Shown here one piece after another: positions 1 through 13,073 of a stretch of DNA of 64,000 bases (the first letter of the stretch is position 1; each line of letters starts with the position of its first letter). The DNA lies in the NCBI RefSeq assembly GCF_009914755.1, contig NC_060928.1; one strand, written 5' to 3'. The notes under the pieces were generated by a model, which saw only the letters and a program-made list of their open reading frames with translations, was not told the DNA's origin and searched no databases. Both the position numbers and the translations under genes were made by a program. This DNA is from the human T2T-CHM13v2.0 reference genome, Homo sapiens.

Positions 1-2310
1 TGAGATGTAATAAAACATAAAAAGATTAATGAATCCAGAGTTGGTAGTTTGAAAACATTACTAAGATTGACAGACCACTAGCTAGACTAATAAAGAGAAG
101 ATTCAAATAAATGCAATCAGAAATGACAAAGGAGATGTTATCACTGACCCCACAGACATACAAGAACGCTGAGACATTACTATTAATACTTCTACGTACA
201 CAAATTAGAAAACTAGAGAAAATTGATAAATTCCTGGACACATACAACCTACCAAGACTAAACAAAAAAGAAACTGAATCCTTGAACAGACCAACAGTGA
301 GTTCCAAATTTAAATCAGTAATAAAAAGCCTACCAGTGAAAAGAAGCTCAGGGCCAAACAGATTCACAGCCAAATTCTACTAATGTATAAAGAAGAGCTG
401 GTATCATTCCTGCTAAAACAATGCCAAAAATTTAAGAAGGAGGGACTCCTCTCTAACTCATTCTATGAGGACAGCATTATCCTTATACCCAGGCCTGGTA
501 GCCACACAACAAAAAACGAAAGCTTCAGGCCAATATCTTTGATGAACATACATGCAAAAACCTTCAACAAAATACTAGCAAACTAAACCCACCAGTGCAT
601 CAAAAAACTAATCCACCATATCAAGTAGGCTTTATCCTTGGGATGCAAATTTGGTTCAGCACATGCAAATCAAGAAATGTAATTCATTACATAAATAGAA
701 CTTTAAAAGACCACATGATTATTTATCTCAATAGAGGCAGAAAACAGTTACAATAGAATTCAATATCGCTTCATATCGAACATCTCAACAAATTAGGCAC
801 TGAAGGAACATATTTCAAAATAATAAGAGCCACCTATGACAAACTCACAGCCAACATCATACTAAGTGGGCAAAAGCTAGAAGCATTCCCCTTGAATACT
901 GGAACAAGACAAGGATGTTATTTCTCACCATTCCTATTCAACATAGTACTCTAAGTCCTAGCAAGAGCAATCAGGCAAGAGAAAGAAATAAAAGGCATCC
1001 AAATAGGAAGAGAGGAAGTCAAACCACCCTTGTTTACCAATGATATGACTCTATACCTAGAAAACCCCATAGTCTCTGCCCAAAAGTTTCTTGATTAGAT
1101 AAACAAATTCAGCAGTTTCAGGATACAAAATCAGTGTAAAAAAACAGCATTCCTATACACAACATATAAGCTGACAGCCAAATCAAGAATGTAATCCCAT
1201 TCACAATAGTCACAAAAGAATAAAATATCTAGGAATACAGCTAACAAGGGAGTTGAAAGATCAGTACAACAAGAATTACAAAACACTGCACAAAGAAATC
1301 AGAAATGGCACAAATAAATGGAAAAACATTCCATGCTCAGATAGGAAGCATCAATAATGTTCAAATGGCCATACCACCCAAAGGAATTTACAGACTCAAT
1401 GCTATTCCTACCAAACTACCAATGACATTGTTTACAGAATTTTTTAAAAAAAACTATCTTAAAATTTGTATGGGACCATAAAAGAGCCCCAAAAGCCAAA
1501 GTAATCCTAAGCCAAAAGAATAAACCTGGTGGCATCACATTACCTGACTTCAAACTACAATACAAGCCTATAGTAATCAAAACAGCACAATACTGGTACA
1601 AAACCAGACACATAGACAAATGGAACAGATTAGAGAGCTCAGAAATAATGCCACACACCTACAACCATCTAATCTTCAACAAAGTTGACAAAAACAAGCA
1701 ATAGAGAAAGGACTCCGTATTCAACAAATGGTGCTGGAATAACTGGCTAGCCCTATGCAGGTTAAAACTGGACCCTTTCATACAGCATATACAAAACTCA
1801 ACTCAAGATAGATTAAAGACTTAAAAGTAAAGCCTAAAACTATAAAAACTCTGGAAAATAACCTAGGAAATATGCTTTGGACATAGGACCTGGCAAAGAT
1901 TTCATGATGAAGACACCAAAAACAATTGTGACAAAAATAAAAACAGATAAATGGGACCTAATTAAACTAAAGAGCTTCTGCACAGCAAAATAATCTATGG
2001 ACAACATGAAAAAAACAACCTACAGAATGGAAGAATATATCTGCAAACTATGCATCTGACAAAGTTCTAATATTCAGACTCTATAAGAACCATAAATTTA
2101 CAACAGAAAAAAAATTAAAAAGTGGGCAAAGGTCATGAACATACACTTTTCAAAGGAAGACATACATGTGGCCAACAAGCATATGAAAAAAATGCTTAAT
2201 ATCACTAATCATTAAAGAAATGCAAATCATAAACACATCTCACACCAGTCAGAGTGGCTATTATTAAAAAGTCAAAAAATAACCAGCGCTGGAGAGGTAG
2301 TGGAGAAAAA
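1..2310 (+). mobile_element. Old primate LINE-1 (roughly L1PA13-16/L1PB age), decayed ORF2 body; continues off the left edge, 3' end missing
   Basis: Fragment ORFs give ORF2p peptides ([31 protein letters not shown]) broken by stops and frameshifts; collinear with 15200-17560 of the full-length L1; stops abruptly at ggagaggtagtggagaaaaa with no 3' UTR. Confidence 0.9.
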
Positions 2311-3612
2311 ATTTTTAAAAAATTTCACTTTATTTTAAGTTGCAGGATACATGTGCATGATGTGCAGGTTTGTTACATAGGTAAAAATGTGCCATAGTGG
2401 TTTGCTGTGCTTATCAACCTATCGCCTAGGTATTAAGCCCAGCATGCATAGGTTATTTTCCTGATGCTCTTCCTCCCCCGACACCCCCACTGACAGTCCC
2501 CAGTGTGTGTTTTTCCCCTCCCTGTATCCATTTTTCCTCATTGTTTGGCTCCCCCTTATAAGTAAGAACTTGAAGTGTTTGGTTTTCTGTTTCTGCATTA
2601 GTTTGCTGAGGATAATGGCTTCCGGCTCCATCCATGTCCTTGCAAAGGACATAATCTCATTCCTTTTTATGGCTGCATAGTATTCCATGGTATATATGTA
2701 CCACATTTTCTTTATCCAGTCTATCATTGATGGGCATTTGGGTTGATTCCATGTCTTTGATACTGTGAATAGTGGTGCAGTGAACGTATATGTAGAAGAA
2801 TCTTTGTAATAGAATGATTTATATTCCTTTGGGTGTATACCCAGTAATAGGATTGCTTGGCCAAATGGTATTTCTGGTTCTAGGTCTTTGAAGGAGTCAC
2901 CACACTGTCTTCTACAATGGTTGAACTAATTTACATTCACACCCACAATGTGAAAGCATTCCTATTTCGCCATAGCCTTGGCAGTATCTGTTGTTTCCTG
3001 ACTTTTTAATAATTGCCATTCTGATCTCATTGTGGTTTTTATTTGCATTTCTCTAATGATCACTGATGTTGAGATTTTTTTCATATGTGTGTTGGCCGCA
3101 TAAATGTCTTCTTTTGAGAAGTATCTGTTCATGTCTTTTGCCCACTATTTAATGGGGTTGTTCGTTTTGTTCTTGTAAATTTGTTTAAGTTCCTCGTAAA
3201 TTCTGGATATTAGACCTCTGTCAGGTGGATAGGTTGCAAAAAATTTCTCCCATTCTGTAGGTTGTCTGTTCACTTCATAGTTTCTTTTGCTGTGCAAAAT
3301 CTCTTTAGTTTAATTATATCCCATTTGTCAATTTTTGTTTTTGTTGCAATTGCTTTTGACATATTCATCCTGAAATCTTTGCACGTGCCAATGTCCTGAA
3401 TGGTATTGCTGAAATTGTCTTCTAGGGCTTTTATAGTTTTGGATGTTCCATTTAAGTCTTTAATCCATCTTGAGTTAATTTTTGTATAAAGTGTAAGGAA
3501 AAGGTCCAGTTTCAATTTTCTGTATATGGCTAGCCAGTTCTCCCAGCACCGTTTATTAAATAGGGAATCCTTCCCCCATTGTTTGTTTTTGTCAGATTTG
3601 TCAAAGATCAGA
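2311..3612 (-). mobile_element. 5'-truncated LINE-1 (about L1PA8-L1PA11): 3' UTR plus ORF2 C-terminal part
   Basis: Minus-strand peptides [21 protein letters not shown] and [21 protein letters not shown]; L1PA-type 3' UTR with degenerate A tail at the left end. Confidence 0.9.
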
Positions 3613-3863
3613 TAATTAAGGTTGAATGAGGTCATGATCCTAATCCAACAGGACTGGTGCCTTTATAAGAAAAGGAAAGAAAAGGCCATGTTTGAATGTA
3701 GGTGGCCATATGGAAAGCAGAAATAGAGCCTTCACCAGAATCTGAACTGGAAAGAACGTGGATCTTGGACTTCTAGCCTTCAGTACTGTGAGAAAACAAA
3801 TTTCTATTGTTTAAACCATGTAGTCTGAGATATTTTGTAATGGTAGCCCAAACAGACTAATGT
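3613..3863 (+). mobile_element. MaLR LTR fragment (MLT1A-like), 3' half only
   Basis: Motifs aatgaggtcat..ctaatccaacaggactggtg..ttataaga, gatcttggacttctagcc..tgtgagaaaacaaatttctattgtttaa and terminal gcccaaacagactaa resemble the MLT1A consensus. Confidence 0.7.
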
Positions 3864-4024
3864 AATAGACATCTTAGAAAATTCAGCTTTATGTTTTTCA
3901 ATACGGAAAAACATTTATAATGCTGGCAGATATACTTGAATGAATTTGGCTGCAATAAACAGGGCTTTATAATAATTAAAGTAAATGCATTTTGGAGGTA
4001 TATAGATGCAAACTGGCCTCTTCC

Positions 4025-4301
4025 AATCTCTCTCTGTTGCCCAGGCTGGAGTGCAGTGGCACAATCTCGGCCCATGCAACCTCTGCTTCCTGGGTTCAAG
4101 CAATTCTTCTGCCTCAGCCTCCCGAGTAGCTGGGACTACAGGTGTGCACCACCACACCCAGCTAATTTTTGTATTTTCTTTTTAGTAGAGACAGGGTTTC
4201 ACCATATTGGTCAGGCTGGTCTTGAACTCCTGACCTCGGGATCCGCCTGCCTCAGCCTCTTGAAGTGTTGAGATTACAGGTGTGAGCCACCATGCTTGGC
4301 C
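4025..4301 (-). mobile_element. AluS element lacking its poly(A) tail
   Basis: Both Alu arms and the A-rich linker are present; no T-run on the left; gcctcttcc flanks both sides (4016-4024, 4302-4310). Confidence 0.92.
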
Positions 4302-4979
4302 GCCTCTTCCTTTCTTATTGGGCACAAGGCTGTGACTGTATTTCTCAGTCTATCTGATAAATAAATATGGTCCATGTGTCTATGCTCTCTCCAGTGAAAT
4401 ATGAATGACACAAATGGGTGCAAGGAAGAATCTCTAACTAAGGATTTCTTCTCTTCTTTCCTATAGCTGGAGTGGAGATGACTAGAGTGATAACCACTGT
4501 GATTCCATGAACCAAGCCTCCCACCAGCCTGAAACATTAGCTTTTAAGCCATTTGTGGACATCCATTAGATACTGTTATCCAAATTCTGGTCCACAGATA
4601 TTACTGATCCCAGGTCAAATGATGATTTTATAATACTTGGAAAGTGACTTATCACCTACAGTTGAGCTTCTTAAAGTTGGATGGCAAATTATCCATAACT
4701 GCTGTGAAAAGTTAACATTTACTTACACGGTCTGAAGTTATCATATGGGCAAAGTAGTCATCTTCAAGTACACAATTTACATGAAATCCCATAAATGTTA
4801 TTCACTCTATAACATATTTACATGTGTCTTAATATAAAATAATATTTTTATTTATTGTCAAGAAAAATATCATAAACTCTCTTTTTCCAGAAATCCTTGA
4901 GTACATTGACCCAGATATACCATAATGACCCTGGCCATATGTAGCTGTAATATTGATTTACTTGCAGTCCCCAGTATAC

Positions 4980-5310
4980 ACAATGCTCTTTCAGACTTTA
5001 CACTTTCTTTCCTTTCCTGAAATATATTCTTCTTCTCTATTGGTAAACACCTACTTATTCTTCAAGGCTCAAATTATTATCTCCTTTATGGAGTCTTCCT
5101 TAACTAACTCCTGTTTCCACCTAAACATAATTAGCGTCTTCAACCTCTTGGTACACTTCACCCCTTTGTACACACATCTGCTATATCATAAGTTGGTAAT
5201 TAGTCTTCTTTTTAAGTACACTTCTCCCCAGGGCAAAGTCTGTCTCACTCATTTTGGAATTTGAAATATTCCAAAATATTCTAGTATTTATGGGGAGTCT
5301 CAATATTTTC
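4980..5310 (+). mobile_element. L2 3' end remnant
   Basis: Degenerate L2-like tract cctacttattcttcaaggctcaaatt and gggcaaagtctgtctcactcatttt. Confidence 0.45.
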
Positions 5311-5399
5311 AAATATATGTAGATATTTTAACCAAATATATTGGATTTTTCCTCCTCCTTCTCTTCCTCCTTTTCTTCTTTTGCTTATCCTCCTCTTCC

Positions 5400-5770
5400 A
5401 TTTTCATTTTTAGATAATTTTAATGTCTTTCCATATACTTTTACTTATAATTCTTGTGTTAGATTTATTTCTATGTACCGCATATTTTTTGCTATTTACA
5501 TAGTAGCTTTTAAGTAATTTTACATTGCCTAATCACTACTGGGATATAGAAATGCAATTGCTTTTTATATAAAGATCTTATGACTACAGGTTGGCAAAAT
5601 TTCTTACACATTTTATTGTCTATAGGTTCCTTTTTTCTATGTTGTCGACATCATCTTCAAATAATACCAGTTGTTGACTTATTCTTTCATTTTATTAATT
5701 TTCTATGTTCTATCACTAATGTTTCTCACATGCTCTACCAAATCCAACATCTACCAATATTGTTTTTCAA
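5400..5770 (-). mobile_element. Ancient L1M ORF2 remnant
   Basis: tatagaaatgcaattgctttt and catcatcttcaaataataccagtt resemble the antisense L1 RT region. Confidence 0.5.
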
Positions 5771-6396
5771 ATACTAAAATGCATCTGATAACCTTGTTAG
5801 TCACAGTTTTTGTTCTTTAAAATGCCACCTGTCCTTCTCTTCCAATCTTTATTAAGTTATAAAGAAAGTTTTAAAAAACAGATATCTGGTAAATTGAAGA
5901 GTCCGTATTTGGAGAATTTAAGAACATTTAAAGGCATTCCCTACTCAGTCAAAACAGATAAAAGATCACTGATCTTCTAAGACTTAATATTTGCATCACC
6001 TTGAGATTCATTGCCTAGTGCTGCTCAATATGGAATTCTAAAAATATAAAAAATATTTATTTTAGTAAAGCATTGGGTGTTACAAAACTGTTTTTAAAAA
6101 ATGAAATTGCAAAGTAATTTTTCCATGCTAACACATTAAGTTAAACTAGGATACTTAACATACTTAAGCTATATTTGAAAGAAAAGTACTGATGTGAGGA
6201 GAGTTTTGCATTTCTGAAGCTCTCATGTAAGATAGTACAAAATGTAGAGTATCTTGAATAGTTTTCCTATACATACATATTGAGAGACAGTCTGTGATTA
6301 GCCAAACATTTCCAAAAGTGGGTTTCCTTTCTCTTTTCATTTTCTATAGTAAAATGTTTAAAGGATATAATTATCTACAGATACATAGAGAATTTT

Positions 6397-6834
6397 GGCA
6401 TTAATCTGAGTTCCACAGAGAAACAAAACCAATAGTAAATGATTCGTTATAAGGAATTAGCTCACATAACACTGGTAGCTAAGAAGTACCATGATCTGCT
6501 GTCTGCAACATGGAAACCCAGGAAACTGGTTGATGTAATTCTGAGAAACGGGGCTGATGGATAAGTTTTAGTTGGGAGTATGAGAAGACTGATGTCTGAG
6601 CTCAAGCATTCAGGCAGACAGTGAATTCCCTATTCCTCTGTCTTTTTGTCCTATTCAGACATTCAAAGGATTGAATGAGACCCGCCCACATTGGGGAGGG
6701 CAAACTGCTTTACTCAGACCACAGGTTCGAATGCTAATCTCAGCCAGAAACACTATTATAGACACATCAGAAATAATGTTTAATCTGGGCACCTCATGTC
6801 CCAGTCAAGTTGACACATAAAATTAGCCATTATA
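6397..6834 (-). mobile_element. MLT2B-type (ERVL) solo LTR
   Basis: Characteristic segments ttataaggaattagctcaca, cccacattggggagggcaa, aatgctaatctc and ccagtcaagttgacacataaaattagccat. Confidence 0.8.
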
Positions 6835-7272
6835 ATTTTGCATTCTATTCAGTGTGTAGTATAGTCAGGCAAACAGTATTCTTGGAGAACTGTGTGTAAG
6901 GAGGTATTGCTCCTGATATTAGCAGGATTATCAGTAAGAATCCTGTGAGACTGAGTAAGACATCGTAACATCTCCTTTTAAAGGTGGATAATAAATTGAT
7001 TGCATGAGTCTATTTTTCACCAACCATGTTACCTTGCTCAAAAAATAAAGCTGTGCCAGAGTGAATAATTTGAACTACATAGTTCTGATTGACAAGCCTA
7101 GATTTTTGCAAACATTCTCAATAAATATTACCAAAACTAAACTGAAAGTTTGAAAGTCTGAAGAAATGGAAACTAAATACACTCCTATAATTTGTGATTT
7201 GTATTTTAAAATCATAATACTCTAATATTTATTAAATGTTTATTTTATCACTGTGCTTAGCAATTAATGTGT

Positions 7273-7500
7273 TACTATATTTCATCAATTGCAAGAAGCT
7301 TATGTTTATATTTTAATGCTTCTAAATATGTATTTACCTTACAATTACAGATAGCAGAATTCAGTTATTACAGCCTGTGTACACACAAACATCGCTATTT
7401 TTAATGGCATGACTGCAAAAATAAAACCCCTCAGTCAACCAACAGTCTAAGTACCAGAGTTAAACTGGTAGCATATTTTTGTTCTTACTGATAGATAAAA
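7273..7500. mobile_element. Possible TcMar-Tc2 (MER104/Kanga-like) DNA transposon remnant
   Basis: Start tactatatttcatcaattgcaaga..ttttaatgcttctaaat..ccttacaatt resembles the recalled terminal consensus; highly diverged. Confidence 0.3.
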
Positions 7501-10500
7501 TAATATTGATTTTTACAATATTGTCACTCATGGTCAATTTGACTCTAGATTAACTTCGTGCTGGTAAGTGGAATCTATACACAACCTGAGGGGTAGCAAT
7601 CCCAATTGCTCATCATTTTTTAAAGGAAATGTCTTATTTAAGCTTTCCAAAGCAAAGACTTTGAGTATATTTTGTCTCCAGCTTGATATTTAAATCTTTA
7701 AATATCACTACTATCTGACTTTGATTTCCCATATTCATTTGTATATGCATAAACTTTAATTCAGTAGGTTAACTACCTTAAATAAGTTTTGTGTAGCATA
7801 GGTTGCAAAGATATAAAAAAAATTGGAGACAGAATTTTCCAATAATAATAATAAGAGTAATAGTAATAGACCTTGAAAAGCCATCAATATCATATGTTGT
7901 TGAAAGAGCCAAATAATTATTTTAACATGCAAATTTTATATAAGAAAGCAAACTACTTTATGAAGGTAGTATTAGTAAAAACTGCTGAGAAAAAAAGCAT
8001 TTACAATCAATGACTTTTATTAATAATGCAGAAAAAAGTATCACTTTTGCTACTTAAGATAAAAAACTGGATTAAACAGACACATATGTGCGTGCACGCA
8101 CTATAGGACTTCTGATAGACAAGTGTGGATTCCTTTAGAAACAAAACAAGATGAAGATAACAGGAAGGAATGGCTTTGTTCCAACATTTACTCAGTTGTG
8201 AATCTTGAACATGCACTTTAAGAATGACAGGGCTCATATTACGTAACAAAAAAAATTATAAGAATGATTTGAGCCAATACAGTGAATTCATGAACACATT
8301 AACTTTCACAAAGTAGGTATTCAATAATTATTGGTTGAATGAATGTCTGAAACAGTAAAAGTTACAACACTAACCTTGAAAAGAAGGAAAATACTTGACA
8401 ACAATCTAATTTCATGTGTAAAATCTGGGAGTAGCAGTAGCATCTTGAAATATGTTAGGGTAATAGAAGGAATGAAAGTAGGATTAGAAATTAGGATTGC
8501 AAAATTGACAAGGTGGGAATAATCACTAACATGGCCAAGATAATGGAAATTTTGTAAGTGAAATAGAATTTGCAAAGGCACAGAAACCTTGGAAAGCTCC
8601 ATGTGAAACTGATATGCCCATTATTCCATAGACAATATCAAACTGTTAATCAGACAAGAAACCAATCTTTCCTGACATTGAGTTGTTATTAAATAAATTA
8701 ACAATTATCCATGTATTAAGCACCAGCTGTTAGGTTTATAATCCATATAAATATGTGAGCAGCTTTCAGACAAAACTAATTAAGTTTATCAGTGCAAAAT
8801 AATAATGGGACTCATTGCCTAATTTTAAAAACACAAAATGATGATGCAGTAGGATATGCAAATTTTGCTGTGGAACTACAAAATAATGCTTAGATTTACC
8901 AAAAAGATGAAAGTCCAAGGGCTCTATTTGCTTTGTTTTATTAATTTCCTAGAGTTATTATTAATTTTGAAACAAAACAATTGTGGTTATTTTTAATATA
9001 CTTTTTGTTTTAAAAGTATACTTGAAGCAATTTTAGCTACTGTCTTCCAACTTCCATTATATTAAAAAGCACTATTACATACAATGTAGCAAAGATGAAA
9101 TCAGATCAATTTTTTTAAACAAAATAAATTACTATAAAGTATTCTGAAAACTGACTCCACTTCTTAGCTTAATGTTATATTCTTCTGATATTTATTGTTA
9201 ATCATAGAAAATAATTTTAGCATCTGTTATTTATGTATACATTTAAAACACATTGCATCTCACACATCTTATCAGAAGATTAATCTGAAATTCAGATTTT
9301 GAAAAACACATTCTTCCTTTAGCAAAAATAAATATTAGCTTTCTACATAAAACAAATGGATTGAAAGCAGAAATATCAAAACAATTAAATTAAGTGTATT
9401 GTAAAAATATTATAGATAAGACAGAGTGCTCTATTAAAGGAGGTAGTCAATCTCAAGGTGGCTTCTCATGTTTGTTTTTTTAATCTAAAAAATCATTTAA
9501 AATACAACAAAGAATAATATTATGTAATAACTGATTCAGAAATGCAATTTCTCCAGTTAATAGACTACATGATTCATATGAAAAATAAAACATGAAAACA
9601 TTTATAAAATGGACTATATAAAGCAATGAATGCAGAAAGTGATAAAATGTTTGTGGTTCTGTGATCAGATAAGAAGCAAAGACTTTTTGAACTATAGTCT
9701 TAAAGTATTTTAAAAACTACTCTGAAAATGATAACAAGACACACACACACATTTATGTACATATTGTTTCTGAAACCAGATACTGCTTTCCTTTTTAAAG
9801 AATTGATTTTCTATTACATTGGGAAAAAGATTCTATCAAGGATAAGCAATTACAAATAGAGAAGAAAAGTATTACAGAACCACTATCTTAATGTTATTAT
9901 TTCCTTGACAAAGAAGGCAAGACATTATTCAATATTAAATTCAGAAGAAAGAAATTAGTTTAGAAATATTCAAGTGTCATAACTTGTTTAAATTTCCATC
10001 AACACAGTGCAAAAATATTCCTCAGACACTTAGAATCATTTACCAAATGACTTGGACAATGCTTACAAGACTTCGTAACAATTCTGAAGTTAAAATTAGC
10101 TTTTTCAACATTAAAAAATATTGGGTTCATGCAAACAAAAAGCTTGAGAATTAAGAATATATTCTGTAATTTTTATAGCTCTCAACTGATACAAATTTTC
10201 AAGATCTCTGTAGTTTTAGATAATCATCAGGTTAGTTGAAAGTAAAACAGAACTCTGTGAATTTGTATTTGATGAGTGATTTGAAATTCTAAAAGCACTT
10301 GCCCTTAATGGAAAATATTGAAGACACCTAAAGCAAAATTTTGTACAAAGTTATTACACACTAAATGCTCTCACAGCCACCATATTAAAGGAACAAAGCC
10401 TGAGAATGTCACCTGGTCTAGCAAGAATGTTTTTGTTAGATTGTGCTAGGTTGTTGAGTTGTCAGAATAAGATAAATGGAGCTGAGCAGTACCATTAACC

Positions 10501-11654
10501 TGTGACATTTTTGACAATGCAAGGGTATGTGCTGTGCAAAAAGTAGACTACTTTTTTCTTTTCTATCTCTCAATTTATAATAGAAATAAGAAAAGATAGA
10601 TTAAATGTTTTAATGAAAGACAAAAACAGTTAGAAAAAGCTTATCTTGAATAATAGATGCTTGTCCATCACATGCAAAAACACATTCCCAAATCAGAATA
10701 CATTAATAAAGTATATCACATAGATTTAGTCTATATTCAAAAGAGATAAACATTAAAATACTCCTTAATCTAGGCATTTAGGAAGAATAAAATCTCTCTT
10801 TCCTTATTGATACCTTCAAAAAAGGTTAAAGTTAAAAGTAAGTTATCCTTTTTATGGCAATAAACTCCATTTCATCCTTAAAATCACTATCAAACTTAAA
10901 ATATACAAGTAATAATAGATTTTTTTGTTTTTAGGTTTACTAAAATTTCACACAAATTTTAACAAGCTTATTGGTTTTTTTTTTTTTTATTTCTGAGCTT
11001 CCCACTGGCATGGGAAAAGTAAAATAGATCACAGCTATGTTTTACAAGGAAAAACTATCAAGCTGCAATAAAGACTAAATGTCTGTTAATGTTCATAATA
11101 ATAAAAAATCTAATAAAATCATCAATTAGTATCACTATTTACTCATAATGTGAGAAGAAATTCTAATACCTAATAATGACTTTATGCCTTACATGTTTCA
11201 ATAAAATACCTTTTTTTATAATCCTGAGTTCTTGCTCTGAAATGTAATGTACATATACACCAAATGCAGTTTTCAAAAAGAATGTAACACATTTATTGAC
11301 TCACAGATATCAATATGCTTTATACATTCATAATTAATATGAGCCAACAAAAAATACTGTACCAGCCACCATGCTAAAGAATGACAATATGAGACTGCAG
11401 TGAGATACAGAATGTATTTTCAATGTGACCAAGACCAGGAAGGGAAGTGGAAATAGAACTAATTTCTCCATCAATAATATGGTGCTAAAATGTTGAAGTG
11501 ATCAGAATAAGGTAAGTAAGCTTATATCCTATAATTAGAAGCTTATTAACATGACCTCAGACATTATCAATTATTCATTCAACAACAATTCAATTGGATG
11601 CTTATTATATGCCATGCACTGTTCTAATTATATTTAGAAGGGGGATGGAAAGAT

Positions 11655-11715
11655 GGTAGATAGATGGCAGGTAGGTAGGTAGGTAGGTAGATCAATAGAT
11701 AGACAGAGATAGATA
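11655..11715. repeat. (GGTA)n/(GATA)n degenerate tetranucleotide repeat
   Basis: ggtaggtaggtaggtaggtag and atagatagacagagatagat visible. Confidence 0.85.
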
Positions 11716-12168
11716 TTTCTCCCAAATATATAAGAAAATATTATCAACCATGTTACAATATGCATGCATGTGTATATGTACATGTGTATATATGTATACA
11801 CACATCAGTTGTTTTAGTTTCTCTGCCATTTACATTCTTATAATAATATAATAATTGAATTGATCTAAAACTTATAGAAGGACTTGCCATTGGATGACAG
11901 TCTTTGATGCTTCTAAGTGTCAAATACAAAACTTTAACGTTTTATTAATTTTTCAGTTTTTATTGACTTAATTAAATATACAAATTAAAAAGTTGGAATA
12001 TTGTTTGCTACAAACAAGCTGCCAAGAGAAAATTATATGTCCCTATATTAATGTGGCAATTCCAGGGAAAAATGAAAACATACTCAATAAAGTAATGAAA
12101 TTTAATTCAAATTTCATTTGTTTATAAATGAAACATAAAAAGATATTTAAAATAAAACTGATTCACCT

Positions 12169-13073
12169 GAGGGAGGCGCCAAGATGGCCGAAAAGGAACA
12201 GCTCCAGTCTACAGCTCCCAGCCTGAGCGACGCAGAAGACGGGTGATTTCTGCATTTCCATCTGAGGTACCGGGTTCATCTCACTAGGGAGTGCCAGACA
12301 GTGGGCGCAGGTCAGTGGGTGCGCGCACCGTGCGCGAGCCGAAGCAGGGCGAGGCATTGCCTCACTCGGGAAGCGCAAGGGGTCAGGGAGTTCCTTTCCT
12401 AATCAAAGAAAGGGGTGACGGACAGCACCTGGAAAATCGGGTCACTCCCACCCGAATACTGCGCTTTTCCGACGGGCTTAAAAAACGGCGCACCACGAGA
12501 TTATACCCCGCACCTGGCTCTGAGGGTCCTACCCCACGGAGTCTCGCTGATTGCTAGCACAGCAGTCTGAGATCAAACTGCAAGGCAGCAGCCAGGCTGG
12601 GGGAGGGGCGCCCACCATTGCCCAGGCTTGCTTAGGTAAACAAAGCAGCCAGGAAGCTCGAACTGGGTGGAGCCCACCACAGCTCAAGGAGGCCTGCGTG
12701 CCTCTCTAGGCTCCACCTCTGGGGGCAGGGCACAGACAAACAAAAAGACCGCAGTAACCTCTGCAGACTTAAATGTCCCTGTCTGACAGCTTTGAAGAGA
12801 GCAGGGGTTCTCCCAGTACACAGCTGGAGATCTGAGAACGGGCAGACTGCCTCCTCAAGTGGGTCCCTGACCCCTGACCCCCGAGCACCCTAACTGGGAG
12901 GCACCCTCCAGCAGGGGCACACTGACACCTCACACTTCAGGGTACTCCAACAGACCTGCAGCTGAGGGTCCTGTCTGTTAGAAGGAAAACTAACAAACAG
13001 AAAGGACATCCACACCAAAAACCCATCTGTACATCACCATCATCAAAGACCAAAAGTAGATAAAACCACAAAG
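12169..13073 (+). promoter_or_regulatory. L1 5' UTR internal sense promoter and antisense promoter, CpG-rich
   Basis: YY1 site caagatggccg intact at 12180-12190; many CpGs retained in 12170-12620; promoter role is established for this family but activity of this copy is unknown. Confidence 0.75.
12529..12618 (-). pseudogene. L1 ORF0 truncated to 29 aa (MVGAPPPAWLLPCSLISDCCASNQRDSVG*)
   Basis: ATG at 12618; a 1-nt loss in cctac(g)cccacgg brings TAG (12529-12531) into frame. Confidence 0.7.

Noticed and set aside
3857-4271. Alu-derived ORFs (also at 38558-38878, 48380-48565, 50766-50999)
   Set aside because: Typical spurious Alu translations.
11505-11520. Isolated strong donors (aag|gtaagt here; agg|gtaagt near 37212)
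   Set aside because: No convincing paired acceptor; cryptic sites are frequent.
12163-12378. 71-aa minus-strand ORF in the L1 5' UTR, same length as ORF0
   Set aside because: Different position and frame; true ORF0 starts at 12618 and is truncated here.
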